NCBI GenBank assembly: GCA_020724555.1
Contig: DYGT01000006.1
Span: 1,649 to 65,648 of the forward strand
Source: Candidatus Microgenomatus sp.
GTDB lineage: Bacteria; Patescibacteriota; Microgenomatia; UBA8517
Direction: 5' to 3'
DNA: 64,000 nt
Part shown: piece by piece, positions 53,569-63,968 of the stretch
How the letters are laid out: every line of letters begins with the position of its first letter
Numbering within the stretch: position 1 is the stretch's first letter
Translations under genes and position numbers: made by a program
The notes under the pieces: generated by a model
Seen by the model: only the letters and a program-made list of their open reading frames with translations
The model's database searches: none
Told to the model about the DNA's origin: nothing

Positions 53569-55539
53569 TTAGGAGGAGGAAGAAGGTTTTGTATTTTGCC
53601 TTGGTTCTTTCCAAGAGGCAAATTTACAATCAGGATAACGCGAACAGCCAAAAAATTTCCTGCCTTTTTTAGTTTTCTTGACAATTACATCACCTTTACC
53701 GCATTCCGGGCATTTCATGCCGGTTTTGTCTAAATATTTGTCTGTATAATCACAATCCGGGAAGCGGCTGCAGGAAACAAATTTACCAAAACGCCCAACT
53801 CTAATCACAAGTTCGCCCTCTTTGCACTTTGGGCATTTTTTTCCAAGTTTCTCGGTTTCAATTTTTACCCGCTCGGCCTTTTCCTGGACATTTCCCAGCT
53901 TCCCCTCCAACGGATTCCAAAAATCCCCTATCACTTTTTTCCACTGTTTTTCTCCTTCGGCAATCTCGTCCAGCTCCCGCTCCATATCTGCCGTAAAAGA
54001 ATAGTCAAACACGTCAGGAAAATTTTGAAGCAAAAAATCATTTACCGTTTTTCCGATAATTGTTGGGGTAAAACGGCCTTCTTCTTTTTCTACATAATTT
54101 CTTTCCTGGATCGTAGATATAATGGGCGCGTAAGTACTTGGCCTCCCAATACCCAATTTCTCCAAAGTTTTAATCAGGCTTGCTTCGTTATACCTAGCAG
54201 GTGGCTGGGTAAACTTTTGCTCGGCATTAACTTTAACCAAATCCAGGGGATCGTCTTTTTGGACCTCTGGCAACCTTGGGTTATCTTCATAGACATTTTC
54301 CATAATCCGCCGCCACCCGTCAAATTTCATAATCTGCCCTGTTGCACGAAGGTCATACTCTTTGTTACCCGTGGCCACGACGTCTATTTTTGTCTGATCA
54401 TAAACGGCGTCGCTCATCTGACAAGCCATAAACCTTTTCCAAATAAGATCGTAAAGTTTTCTGGCGTCTGAGGCGAAACTGCCTTTCATTGGCCAACTGT
54501 CAACCGCATCCCGGCTTGGATTTGTCGGCCGGATGGCTTCGTGGGCTTCCTGGGCACCTTTACTTTTGGTTTTGTAAAAAAGCGGTTTTTCCGGCAAATA
54601 TTTATCGCCGAAATTTTTTTCAATATAACCTCTTCCGGCAGCCACGGCAGACTGGGATAAATTAAAGGAATCTGTCCTATGGTAAGTGATCAAACCCTCT
54701 TCATAAAGCCTTTGAGCTATACTCATGGTTTTCTTGCTGGACCAACCCATAAGGTTTGAGGCAGCTTGAGTCAGGGTGGACGTGGTATAAGGCGGATATG
54801 GCCTTTTTCTAACTTCTTTACGCTCAACATTAAACACTTTATATTTGGATTTATTAAGGTCCCTCACTAGTAGATCGGCCGCTTTTTTGTCGCTGATTTT
54901 AACCGGTTTTCCTCCAACTTTTTTTAGCTCAACCGAAAATACTTCACCTTTGGCGGTTTTGACATCAACCTTTATCTCCCAATATTCCTCGGCTTTAAAG
55001 GCTTCTCGTTCCCGCTCACGCTCAACAATTAAGCGCACAGCCACGGTTTGTACTCTTCCGGCAGACAAGCCACGGCGTACTTTGCGCCACAAAAGCGGAG
55101 ACAATTTATAACCGACCAAACGGTCCAAAACTCGTCTTGCCACCTGGGCATCAACCAAACAATTATCAATTTTTCGAGGATTTTGCATTGCCTCTTCCAC
55201 AGCCTCTTTGGTAATTTCATGAAAGACTATGCGCACTACTTTCTTATGATCAAGCTCCTCCATTACATGCTTGGCAATTGCTTCGCCTTCGCGGTCCGGG
55301 TCTGATGCTAAAAATATTGTATCTGCCCTTTTGGCTTCTTTTTGCAATTTTTTGACAGTATCGTTTTTTTTATGTACACGAACATAGTCCGGCTCAAAAC
55401 CGTTTTCGATATCCACGCCAAGCTTACTTTTGGGCAAATCTTTAATATGGCCCATAGTAGCTTCGACTTTGAAATCTTTACCCAGAAAACGCCCCAAAGT
55501 TTTTGCTTTAGTTGGTGATTCGACGATTATTAAATTCAT
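53569..55539 (-). CDS. topA: DNA topoisomerase I
   Basis: Toprim N-terminus (MNLIIVESPTKAKT), active-site region, three C-terminal C4 zinc ribbons (CPKCKEGELV, CPECGKGD, CSRYPDC). Confidence 0.9.
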   Translation of the reverse strand: MNLIIVESPTKAKTLGRFLGKDFKVEATMGHIKDLPKSKLGVDIENGFEPDYVRVHKKNDTVKKLQKEAKRADTIFLASDPDREGEAIAKHVMEELDHKKVVRIVFHEITKEAVEEAMQNPRKIDNCLVDAQVARRVLDRLVGYKLSPLLWRKVRRGLSAGRVQTVAVRLIVEREREREAFKAEEYWEIKVDVKTAKGEVFSVELKKVGGKPVKISDKKAADLLVRDLNKSKYKVFNVERKEVRKRPYPPYTTSTLTQAASNLMGWSSKKTMSIAQRLYEEGLITYHRTDSFNLSQSAVAAGRGYIEKNFGDKYLPEKPLFYKTKSKGAQEAHEAIRPTNPSRDAVDSWPMKGSFASDARKLYDLIWKRFMACQMSDAVYDQTKIDVVATGNKEYDLRATGQIMKFDGWRRIMENVYEDNPRLPEVQKDDPLDLVKVNAEQKFTQPPARYNEASLIKTLEKLGIGRPSTYAPIISTIQERNYVEKEEGRFTPTIIGKTVNDFLLQNFPDVFDYSFTADMERELDEIAEGEKQWKKVIGDFWNPLEGKLGNVQEKAERVKIETEKLGKKCPKCKEGELVIRVGRFGKFVSCSRFPDCDYTDKYLDKTGMKCPECGKGDVIVKKTKKGRKFFGCSRYPDCKFASWKEPRQNTKPSSSS

Positions 55540-55542
55540 ATC

Positions 55543-56238
55543 TTAAATATTTATGACAGTACTTAGGTACTCTAAAACATCCTCGGCACTATTTGCAACT
55601 TGCGCTCCATTTTTCACTAACCAGTTTGATGCCTGGGCCATAGGTGCGTTGGTGACACCTGAAACAGCAAACACCTCACGGCCTTCATTTGCGGCATGGG
55701 CAGCGGTTGAAAGTGTACCACTTTTTCTCAGCCCTTCAATGACAACCACAGCCAAAGAAAGCCCGGCTATAATCCTGTTTCTTGCCAAAAAATTTTTCGG
55801 GAGAGGCTTTGTCCCCATCTCAAACGGACTCACCACCGCACCATTTTCAATTATTTGATAGTATAAATTTTTATTTTCAGGTGGATATATCACATCCAAT
55901 CCGGAACCTAAAACAGCAATTGTCCTACCTCCGTTTTTTAATGCTTGCCAATGTGCCTCTGTGTCCACACCTCGCGCCATCCCGGAAACAATTGTTACCT
56001 TTTCTTTAACCAAAGCTTGGACAAATTGCTTGGTTTTGGCTTTTCCAAAAGCTGTCATATTGCGGCTTCCGACAACGGCTACCGCTAAAGCATCTCTTGG
56101 CTCAATTGTCCCTTTTATAAAAATATGTTGCGGCGGACTGCTAATTGTTTTTAAAAGTGAGGGATACTGCTTATCACCTAAGGTAAGTTTTTTAATTTCC
56201 ATTGGCGGTAAAATTCCTATTATGAAACCACCAGTCAA
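55543..56238 (-). CDS. dprA: DNA-processing protein DprA/Smf (Rossmann domain only)
   Basis: VVGSRNMTAFGKAKTKQFVQALVKEKVTIVSGMARGVDTEAHWQAL is the DprA core. Confidence 0.8.
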   Translation of the reverse strand: MTGGFIIGILPPMEIKKLTLGDKQYPSLLKTISSPPQHIFIKGTIEPRDALAVAVVGSRNMTAFGKAKTKQFVQALVKEKVTIVSGMARGVDTEAHWQALKNGGRTIAVLGSGLDVIYPPENKNLYYQIIENGAVVSPFEMGTKPLPKNFLARNRIIAGLSLAVVVIEGLRKSGTLSTAAHAANEGREVFAVSGVTNAPMAQASNWLVKNGAQVANSAEDVLEYLSTVINI

Positions 56239-57835
56239 ATATTTCTCGCGCTATCGGAGCTGCTACCTCAGAACCTTCACCACCGTTTTCCACCAACACG
56301 GTCACAATTATTTCCGGCTCTTCTACTGGCGCATAAACCGTAAACCACGCGTGCGTTTTATCTTCATCAGGGGTTTCTGCTGTACCCGTTTTACAGGCCG
56401 CCTGGGGAGAAAAATCAAAAAAAGGATAAGCAGTTCCCCCCAGGCTACAGGCACCCACCATCCCTTCTCGAATTTCAAAAAAAGTTTCGGCTTTAACTCC
56501 CAAATCCGAACATTCAGCTTGTCCGGCCAAATGTGGTTTACAAAATTTTCCTCCATTAGCAAGCGCCACTGTCATAGCATTTACCTGAAGAGCGGTGACT
56601 TCCAAATCTCCCTGGCCGATTGACAGATGGTAGGTATTCCCCAAAAACCAACGCTCACCTTTGACGGCTTTTTTCCACTGTGGCGATGGCACTAAACCAT
56701 CAATCTCTCCGGGTAAATCAATCCCTGTTTTTTTGCCAAAACCATAAATGCCAGCCCATTTGGCAATGTTTTCAGGCCCTGTTAATTCTCCTACTTTATA
56801 AAAAAAAGTATCAGTTGAGCGGGCAAGAGCGCGTGGCAGTTTTATCATACCCTCAGTCTTTCCGTATTGCGTAAAATACCAATTGGCATATGAGTAATCA
56901 TTAACGACTATCGCTCCGGGGTCATTATATTCATAGTCTGGTCCAATCGCACCTTCTTCTAAAGCAGCTGTTGCCGTTACCATTTTAAAAACCGAGCCTG
57001 GATGATACGCTCCTCCCAAAGCGCGGTTAAACATCGGTAGACTTTTATTGTTGAAATATTCATCTATTTTATCTGTATTTTTTAAAATAAAATCGTTCGG
57101 GTCAAATGATGGGGATGAATACAGTGCCAAAATTTCTCCCTTAGGATTAGATACAATAATTGATCCTTCCATGCCACTCAGACGATTGGCAATAATTTTC
57201 TGCAGGCGGTAATCGATTGTGGTTTTTAAATCTTCTCCCGGTACTGGTTGCTTTCTGCCAATAGTGCGGGCTTTATTTCCAAAGGTATCTACCTCTACCA
57301 GCTCTTCACCATCAATCCCCCGAAGCAAACATTCATAATAAGCTTCCAGTCCGCCTCTTCCCACCATAGTACCCAAACTTATTACTCCTTTATTTTGGCA
57401 TTCACCGTCCACGCGAAACACCTCTTCTTCGTTGGCCTCTCCCAGATAACCACTGACATGCGCAAAGGCAGAACCCAAAGGGTACAATCTTTGCCACTCA
57501 TTAATGGTATCTTCTGATATTTCACCGTTGTATTCTTTTTTTATAATCCCTTGCTCTTGATCAAAAATAATTTGCTTTATAATCTCTTCATTATCCACCA
57601 GAACCTCTCCGCCACGCGCTAAAATTTTACCCCGAGGTGCGTTGATAGTTATTCGCCTTACCCTATTGTTTTCTGCAAGAGAACGATAATAACCGCCTTT
57701 TATGATTTGCAGTTCGGCCAGTCTTCCCACAAGGATTAGCATTCCCAATAACAAAATTCCACGAAAAAACCAGAGCAACCAGCTTTGAACTTTTTGGGAA
57801 TTTAAGGTTTGCATCTTATCAAAACACAGTTTCAC
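56192..57835 (-). CDS. Penicillin-binding protein 2/3-type peptidoglycan D,D-transpeptidase
   Basis: N-terminal TM, transpeptidase SxxK (GSVFKMV), SxN and KTG (ACKTGTAE) motifs; adjacent to mreB, so PBP2 (mrdA) is the more likely assignment. Confidence 0.85.
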   Translation of the reverse strand: MKLCFDKMQTLNSQKVQSWLLWFFRGILLLGMLILVGRLAELQIIKGGYYRSLAENNRVRRITINAPRGKILARGGEVLVDNEEIIKQIIFDQEQGIIKKEYNGEISEDTINEWQRLYPLGSAFAHVSGYLGEANEEEVFRVDGECQNKGVISLGTMVGRGGLEAYYECLLRGIDGEELVEVDTFGNKARTIGRKQPVPGEDLKTTIDYRLQKIIANRLSGMEGSIIVSNPKGEILALYSSPSFDPNDFILKNTDKIDEYFNNKSLPMFNRALGGAYHPGSVFKMVTATAALEEGAIGPDYEYNDPGAIVVNDYSYANWYFTQYGKTEGMIKLPRALARSTDTFFYKVGELTGPENIAKWAGIYGFGKKTGIDLPGEIDGLVPSPQWKKAVKGERWFLGNTYHLSIGQGDLEVTALQVNAMTVALANGGKFCKPHLAGQAECSDLGVKAETFFEIREGMVGACSLGGTAYPFFDFSPQAACKTGTAETPDEDKTHAWFTVYAPVEEPEIIVTVLVENGGEGSEVAAPIAREIFDWWFHNRNFTANGN

Positions 57836-57907
57836 CTATTTAATCTAAAATATCAAGGTCGATAAAAAAGCCTGCTTTAGGTTTGTCGCCCAAAACAGGC
57901 TTACGCG

Positions 57908-58096
57908 TCATTCTATTAGTACCTGAGCCGTGGCCGTTTGTGTCGCGCTTCGGTTTTCTAAAATCCTTTGGTCCTCATGGTAGAGGGCCGACATTATCCA
58001 TATAACCAAAACTACAAATATTGCCACGAAAAACCAGATTATTATTTGCAAAACTCTTGGGATGTCATAGATGTTTGTATCTTCTCCACGATCCAT
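57908..58096 (-). CDS. Small membrane protein between PBP and mreB (hypothetical)
   Basis: 62 aa with one TM (IIIWFFVAIFVVLVIWIMSA). Confidence 0.3.
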   Translation of the reverse strand: MDRGEDTNIYDIPRVLQIIIWFFVAIFVVLVIWIMSALYHEDQRILENRSATQTATAQVLIE

Positions 58097-58222
58097 GGCT
58101 TTTACCCCTTTGTTGTTATTAACGAACGGTTTTTTGCGAAAAAAAGTATAGACGCGCCTTATGAAGATTGATTAAACTGAAGCAAACGATTTGCTCCACA
58201 ATAATAAATTGTAACACAAAAT

Positions 58223-59278
58223 TTATTGAAGACCGCTTGTGACCCTGATCCTTTTTAATAACGCCGGGTCGTTTAAAACCTTACCGCAACCTCGCACAAC
58301 ACAAGAAATTGGGTCATCAGCCACTGTTACTTTAGTTTTTGTAGCTTCAGAAACCATTTCAGCAATTCCAGCAATCAGCGACCCACCCCCGGCCATTACA
58401 ATTCCCCGTTTCATAATATCGCTAACCAGCTCCGGCGGGGCTTCCTCTAAAGTATCTTTTATATGCCCCACCAACTCCTGGACAATGGGTGCCAAAGCCT
58501 CCCTGACTTCGTCGCTTCCTAATTTTTGTGACCTGGGTAGCCCAGTTTCCAAATCACGCCCCCGGACAACCGTGAATTTTTCTTTTTTATCTTTATCCAC
58601 CTCGACGGCAGATCCTATGGTTATTTTTACTTCTTCTGCCGTCGGTTGCCCCAAAAGCAGTGAATACTTTAAACGAAAATAATTAACAATTGCTTCATCC
58701 ATCTCATCACCGGCGATACGTATCGACCTTCCCAGCACAATTCCCCCAAGGGAGATGATGGCAATTTCGGTAGTACCGCCTCCGATATCAACAATAAAAA
58801 CACCTGTAGGGTCTTCCACTGGAAGCTCAGCCCCGATTGCGGCTGCCATGGGCTCCTCAACCAAATAGGCGCTTCTCGCTCCTGCCGAAAGAGCGGCGTC
58901 CACGACAGCTCTTCTTTCAACTTCGGTTACGCCGGAAGGTATGCCAACCACCACTCTTGGCCTTGGTATTTTGGGAATAATTGTGCCGGATTCGTGTACT
59001 TTTCTAATGTAGTGTGTAAGCATCGCAGCCGTTGCATCAAAATCCGCAATCACCCCGTCTTTTAAGGGCCGGATGGCTTCAATCGTCGCCGGAGTTCTCC
59101 CCTCCATTTTTTTGGCTGCTGATCCTATAGCCAAAATCTCTTTGCTTTTTTTATGTCTGGCAACTGCAGATGGTTCGCGGATAACAATACCCTTACCCGC
59201 CACAAACACCAAAGTGTTTGCGGTACCAAGATCAATTCCTATGTCGTGGCTAAAAAATCCAAAAATGCGATTTATCAT
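58223..59278 (-). CDS. mreB: Rod shape-determining protein MreB
   Basis: Actin-fold ATPase motifs IGIDLGTANTLVFV, DIGGGTTEIAIIS. Confidence 0.9.
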   Translation of the reverse strand: MINRIFGFFSHDIGIDLGTANTLVFVAGKGIVIREPSAVARHKKSKEILAIGSAAKKMEGRTPATIEAIRPLKDGVIADFDATAAMLTHYIRKVHESGTIIPKIPRPRVVVGIPSGVTEVERRAVVDAALSAGARSAYLVEEPMAAAIGAELPVEDPTGVFIVDIGGGTTEIAIISLGGIVLGRSIRIAGDEMDEAIVNYFRLKYSLLLGQPTAEEVKITIGSAVEVDKDKKEKFTVVRGRDLETGLPRSQKLGSDEVREALAPIVQELVGHIKDTLEEAPPELVSDIMKRGIVMAGGGSLIAGIAEMVSEATKTKVTVADDPISCVVRGCGKVLNDPALLKRIRVTSGLQ

Positions 59279-59319
59279 GAGTTTTCAAAGTATACCACCG
59301 TAAGCTAGAATGGGCTTAT

Positions 59320-61209
59320 ATGGATCGCGCCTATTCACTCCTTTTGTTCATTTTACCTTTTTTATTTTTCCCTTATACCAGTGAAATTTTTGAAATAAAC
59401 AAGATAACCGTCTTATACCTATTTGCTGGAGTTATTTTATTAACAACCAATTTTATCGCTTTAAAAACAAACACTAAATCGTCGGTAAAAATTAATATTT
59501 TTAATCTAGCTTTAGCTTTTTTTGTTTTGGCCGGAATGATTACAACATGCTTTTCGGTTGATTTAAAAACCTCAATCTGGGGCTACTATTCACGCTTTAA
59601 CGGCGGACTCCTCTCTATTTTCGCTTATTTCATCCTTGTTGTGGTTTATACAAATTCTTTTAAACATAAAGACTCACTCAAACATATAAAAATTTTATTA
59701 ATAACCGCATTTCTCCTTTCCGCCATTGCCATACTTGAACATTTTAATATCAGCCTAACATGTATGCTTTTATCCGAAAAAATAAATAATTCCTGCTGGA
59801 GCCAAGACACGAGTTCGCGCGTTTTTGCAACTTTTGGCCAACCCAACTGGCTTGCGGCTTATTTAAGCGCCATCCTGCCATTGTCTTTAATACCTTTTAT
59901 TAAAAACAATAATTACAAATATTTTATTTTGCCCAACCTCACTTTTTTAGCAATAATATTTACGCGGTCACGCTCAGGGCTTTTATCGCTGGGGGTATCT
60001 TACTTAATATTTACTCTTTTTACTTTTTACCGGACAAAAACTAAATATATTACTAAAATATTTACCTTATTAATATTTTTTCTGGTTATTTACTTTTTTA
60101 CTAAACCCCAAGCCACCGTAAACAAAAATCCTTATATCAACATCACCCCCTCCACTCAAATCCGTTTTTTGGTTTGGAAAGGGGCCTGGGATATTTTTAC
60201 CCACAACCCCATTTTGGGAACCGGCCCGGAGACTTTTGCCTATTCATACTGGAAATATAGGCCCGAAGAACACAACACAACTTCTGAATGGGACTATACT
60301 TACAACAAAGCACACAACGATTACTTACACATCCTTGCAACCGAAGGTTTGGTGGGTTTTACCGCATACATGGGCGTGATATTGGTAGCCTTATATTTTC
60401 TTATTCCACGATATAAAGACAAATATTATTTTACCAAGCTAGGATTATTATCAGGGTATATCAGCCTTTTGGTTAGCCAATTTTTTGGATTTTTAACCGT
60501 TAATACGTCCCTTTTATTTTTTCTCTATCCTGCGTTTGCGATGAACCTATCCAGGCCAAACATACTAAAAAGAATGAAGCTCCCTCGAGCTTACGCCCAT
60601 GGTTTTTGGTCAAGGGGCATAAATTTAATTATTATTTTCATAAGTTTTATTTTTATCCTCACAGTTACCCGATTTTGGATAGCAGACGTTTTATACAAAA
60701 ATGCAAAAAGGGATAATCTTGAATCTTTAAAATTAGCCTACAGTTTGCATAAAGAGCCACTTTATTTAATTAAACTGGCAAATTTACAATACGAAAACGG
60801 CCATTTCCTGCAAGAATCTTACCAATTAATTGATGATGTTGTACTGCAGCACCCTCAAAACACCAGAGTATTGGAGATGGCATTTGATTTTTATATGGAA
60901 ACCGGTGCCCTGGATGGAAACTATATAGATGCACAAAATTTAAACGAAAAACTAAAAATTTTAATGCCAACAAATGCAAAATTGTTTTACCAAGAAGGGT
61001 TTATTTTGGCACAAAAAGGCCAAAAAGATAAGGCAATAGAATCACTTTTAAAAGCTGTTCATCTCAAGCCAAACTATGAAAAAGCCAGAATACTTTTGGG
61101 CTTATTGTACGAGGAAATGGGAAACCACAAAAAAGCCCAGTGGGAATTTCAATATGTAATAAACAATATTAATCCTGAAAACAGGACTGCCATAACAAGA
61201 CTCAAGTAG
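59320..61209 (+). CDS. O-antigen ligase-like (Wzy_C) polytopic membrane protein with C-terminal TPR repeats
   Basis: About 11 TM helices with a Wzy_C-type loop (FLVWKGAWDIFTHNPILGTGPETF), then TPR-like helical repeats. Confidence 0.6.
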   Translation: MDRAYSLLLFILPFLFFPYTSEIFEINKITVLYLFAGVILLTTNFIALKTNTKSSVKINIFNLALAFFVLAGMITTCFSVDLKTSIWGYYSRFNGGLLSIFAYFILVVVYTNSFKHKDSLKHIKILLITAFLLSAIAILEHFNISLTCMLLSEKINNSCWSQDTSSRVFATFGQPNWLAAYLSAILPLSLIPFIKNNNYKYFILPNLTFLAIIFTRSRSGLLSLGVSYLIFTLFTFYRTKTKYITKIFTLLIFFLVIYFFTKPQATVNKNPYINITPSTQIRFLVWKGAWDIFTHNPILGTGPETFAYSYWKYRPEEHNTTSEWDYTYNKAHNDYLHILATEGLVGFTAYMGVILVALYFLIPRYKDKYYFTKLGLLSGYISLLVSQFFGFLTVNTSLLFFLYPAFAMNLSRPNILKRMKLPRAYAHGFWSRGINLIIIFISFIFILTVTRFWIADVLYKNAKRDNLESLKLAYSLHKEPLYLIKLANLQYENGHFLQESYQLIDDVVLQHPQNTRVLEMAFDFYMETGALDGNYIDAQNLNEKLKILMPTNAKLFYQEGFILAQKGQKDKAIESLLKAVHLKPNYEKARILLGLLYEEMGNHKKAQWEFQYVINNINPENRTAITRLK

Positions 61210-61230
61210 AATTGATGTTATAATACTCCC

Positions 61231-61758
61231 ATGAAACTGGTGGATATCAAACACAAAGCCTTGAGAAAAAAGTCCATAAAAATAACCAAACTGGATAAAA
61301 AAATAAAAGATTTAATTGCAGACATGAAAAATACGCTAATCTCACAAAGCGACCCCGAAGGTGTGGGCTTGGCGGCTCCTCAAGTGGGTAAAAATCTACA
61401 ATTATTTATCATGCATTATCCAGAGGAAGGATTAAACTTAAAGGTTATTATGAACCCCAAAGTCATTAGCGTGAGTAAACAAAAAATAAAACCTAAAAAA
61501 GACGGAAACAATATCCTAGAAGGATGTCTATCGCTTCCTTACTATTACGGACCAATTTCAAGGGCAAAAGATATCACGATTGAATATTTAAATGAAGACG
61601 GGGTCATAACAACTGAAAAATTTGAGGGCTTTTCATCACAAATAGTACAGCACGAGATAGATCATTTAAATGGCAAGCTGTTCATTGACCATATTTTCAA
61701 AAACAAATCACCTTTATACTACATCCGGGGAGAAAATTGGGAGGAAGTAAAGCTATGA
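61231..61758 (+). CDS. def: Peptide deformylase
   Basis: Motifs GVGLAAPQVG, EGCLSLP, QHEIDHLNG. Confidence 0.9.
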   Translation: MKLVDIKHKALRKKSIKITKLDKKIKDLIADMKNTLISQSDPEGVGLAAPQVGKNLQLFIMHYPEEGLNLKVIMNPKVISVSKQKIKPKKDGNNILEGCLSLPYYYGPISRAKDITIEYLNEDGVITTEKFEGFSSQIVQHEIDHLNGKLFIDHIFKNKSPLYYIRGENWEEVKL

Positions 61759-62684
61759 AAGTTGTTTTTTTTGGTACCCCAGATTATGTAATTCCGGTAT
61801 TAATGGCCCTGCATAAACGTTTTAATAAACCACCGGAAAAAAATTTACTAGGGGTTGTTACGCAACCCCCAAAAATTGTTGGCCGGCGAAAATTTAGGGA
61901 ATTTAGCGCAGTTGACAATTTTGCCCATAAAAGAAAAATAGATATAATTCACGACCCTATGGATACACCCGGCGGAGACCTGGGAATACTGTCTGCCTAT
62001 GGGGAAATTATTCCCAAAAAGGTTATAGACCGCTTTAAATACGGCATCCTAAATATACATCCCTCAATTCTCCCGGAATTTAGAGGAGCATCGCCTACTC
62101 AAGCCGTTATTGCCCTGGGAAAACAGACGACCGGCGTAAGTATTATCAAAATGGATGAATTTCTGGACCACGGACCAATTGTAAGTAGTTTCAAGGATGA
62201 GGTGTTACCGGGTGACACCAACGAAACTTTGCGCCAAAGGTTATTTGCGCGTGCAAGCGACTTTTTAATGGAAATGGTAGATGACTATATAGCAGGAAAA
62301 ATTAAACTTAAACCTCAAGACCACGACAACGCCAGTTACACAAGACAAATAAATAAAGAGGATGGTTTTATCCCTCCTGAAATATTAAAAAACGCACTAT
62401 TGGGTATAGAAACAAATAAAACACTTGATAATTTTTTTATTAAGGACACTAGGTTTATAGCCAATGCCCAAAATATTGAAAGGTTAAGCCGCGCATACCA
62501 TCCCTGGCCGGGTATATGGACTTTAGTTAACACTAATAAAAATGTTAATGACCCCAAAAGACTAAAAATTATTAAATGCCGACTTGTTGACAATAAACTA
62601 ATACCTGAATTGGTTCAATTAGAAGGAAAAACGGAAGTGAGTTGGAAACAATTTCAGGAGGGTCACCCGAATTTTAAATTTTAA
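61737..62684 (+). CDS. fmt: Methionyl-tRNA formyltransferase
   Basis: NIHPSILPEFRGASP formyltransferase motif; def-fmt synteny. Confidence 0.9.
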   Translation: MGGSKAMKVVFFGTPDYVIPVLMALHKRFNKPPEKNLLGVVTQPPKIVGRRKFREFSAVDNFAHKRKIDIIHDPMDTPGGDLGILSAYGEIIPKKVIDRFKYGILNIHPSILPEFRGASPTQAVIALGKQTTGVSIIKMDEFLDHGPIVSSFKDEVLPGDTNETLRQRLFARASDFLMEMVDDYIAGKIKLKPQDHDNASYTRQINKEDGFIPPEILKNALLGIETNKTLDNFFIKDTRFIANAQNIERLSRAYHPWPGIWTLVNTNKNVNDPKRLKIIKCRLVDNKLIPELVQLEGKTEVSWKQFQEGHPNFKF

Positions 62685-62920
62685 ATGCTCAAAGACCGCT
62701 CTAAGGCATCTTTTTTGCGGCGTTTTATACATTTAGCACAAAGCATAACTTTTTTATTTCTGCCGTTTTCAACAATGGTTACAGCTTGGAGATTTGGTTT
62801 AAATGTACGCGGAGTAATCTGCGCTCTTTTTTTCCACCGTTTCCCCGCAACACCGCGGCGGTGCTGCTGAGACCTTCCATAAACTGTTTTTTTTCCACAA
62901 ATATAACAAATGCTTGCCAT
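62681..62920 (-). CDS. rpmB: 50S ribosomal protein L28
   Basis: MASICYICGKKTVYGRSQQHRR... matches the L28 N-terminus (CxxTGKxxxxGxxxSH). Confidence 0.8.
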   Translation of the reverse strand: MASICYICGKKTVYGRSQQHRRGVAGKRWKKRAQITPRTFKPNLQAVTIVENGRNKKVMLCAKCIKRRKKDALERSLSI

Positions 62921-62994
62921 AATAGTTTGTTCCTAACAACTTTTGTATTATAATATGTAATCTGGTTTTTAACAAATAAAACTCATTTTACCAC

Positions 62995-63642
62995 ATGATT
63001 AACACCTTGTTTACTGATCCAGTTCAATTTGTAGTGTGGCTAATTGCCTTACTTATTGCTATAGACGTACATGAATTTGCCCATGCCTTAAGCGCTACGC
63101 GTCTCGGGGACCCTACCCCCAAACTGCAAGGGAGACTAACGCTAAATCCCCTCGCCCACCTGGATCCCCTTGGTACGCTTATGCTTATAATCGTCCGTTT
63201 TGGTTGGGGAAAACCGGTACAGTTTGACCCCTACAATCTCCAAAATCCGCGGCGCGATGCCGCCATCATTTCTTTGGCAGGACCTGTTTCAAATCTAATA
63301 ACAGCAACCGTTTTTTCAATAATTCTAAATTTTGTAATACCAATTGCGCCTTCTTTGTATTTTTTAAATGCAATTTTGCCAACCATTATATTTTTAAATA
63401 TTATTCTTGCAGTATTTAACCTTTTACCCATTCACCCCCTGGACGGCGGGAAAATATTAGTAGGCATACTGCCACACAATGATGCGGTAAAAATCGATTT
63501 ATTTTTAAAACAATACGGAGTTTTCCTTTTGATACTTTTAATTTTTCCCATCTGGGGAGGCGTTTCTCCTGTTTTATACCTTTTATCACCAATAATAAAT
63601 ATCTTCACGTCCATTCTTTTACCCGGCTCTTTGCTTATATAG
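62995..63642 (+). CDS. Site-2 protease family (peptidase M50) membrane metalloprotease
   Basis: HEFAHAL zinc motif in TM1, second motif LLPIHPLDGGKIL; 215 aa. Confidence 0.75.
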   Translation: MINTLFTDPVQFVVWLIALLIAIDVHEFAHALSATRLGDPTPKLQGRLTLNPLAHLDPLGTLMLIIVRFGWGKPVQFDPYNLQNPRRDAAIISLAGPVSNLITATVFSIILNFVIPIAPSLYFLNAILPTIIFLNIILAVFNLLPIHPLDGGKILVGILPHNDAVKIDLFLKQYGVFLLILLIFPIWGGVSPVLYLLSPIINIFTSILLPGSLLI

Positions 63643-63894
63643 CTCTCTCTACAGGTTGTTTTTCCATGGTATAATTTAGTAGACCCTGCTAAAGGGAACA
63701 TATCTAGGTACATTTCCTGACCAAAAATTTTTTTGGGAGTTCCGCCCAGGGCGGAATGGCCGTAGCCACGAGGCGTCGGTCGAGCAGGTTTCCGGTTACC
63801 CCTTTGTGGGTGCTGGGATAGCTCAGCCCACCTGGTGTTCAGCCAGGAAATTTCCTAGATCCCGAAGGCGGGGTCTTTAGTGGTACAAATTACT

Positions 63895-63968
63895 GCCAAC
63901 GTAGCTCAGCTGGTTAGAGCAGCTGTTTTGTAAACAGCAGGTCATCGGTTCGAATCCGATCGTTGGCT
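63895..63968 (+). tRNA. tRNA-Thr (anticodon UGU)
   Basis: Hand-folded cloverleaf: acceptor GCCAACG/CGTTGGC, D-arm GCTC-AGCTGGTTA-GAGC, anticodon stem GCTGT/ACAGC with loop TTTGTAA (anticodon TGT), T-arm ATCGG-TTCGAAT-CCGAT, discriminator T; 74 nt, no encoded CCA. Confidence 0.85.

Noticed and set aside
63432-63713. 93-aa minus-strand ORF overlapping the 3' end of the M50 protease gene
   Set aside because: Antisense to a motif-supported gene (HEFAHAL ... LDGGKIL), with no start context; shadow ORF.
63780-63894. Possible second tRNA or 4.5S SRP RNA upstream of tRNA-Thr
   Set aside because: No T-arm (GGTTCGAATCC-like) or acceptor pairing could be built, and the SRP helix-8 consensus (GGAA tetraloop with AGCAGC) is only vaguely approximated (tcccgaagg). 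Left as an unassigned structured region, not called as a gene.
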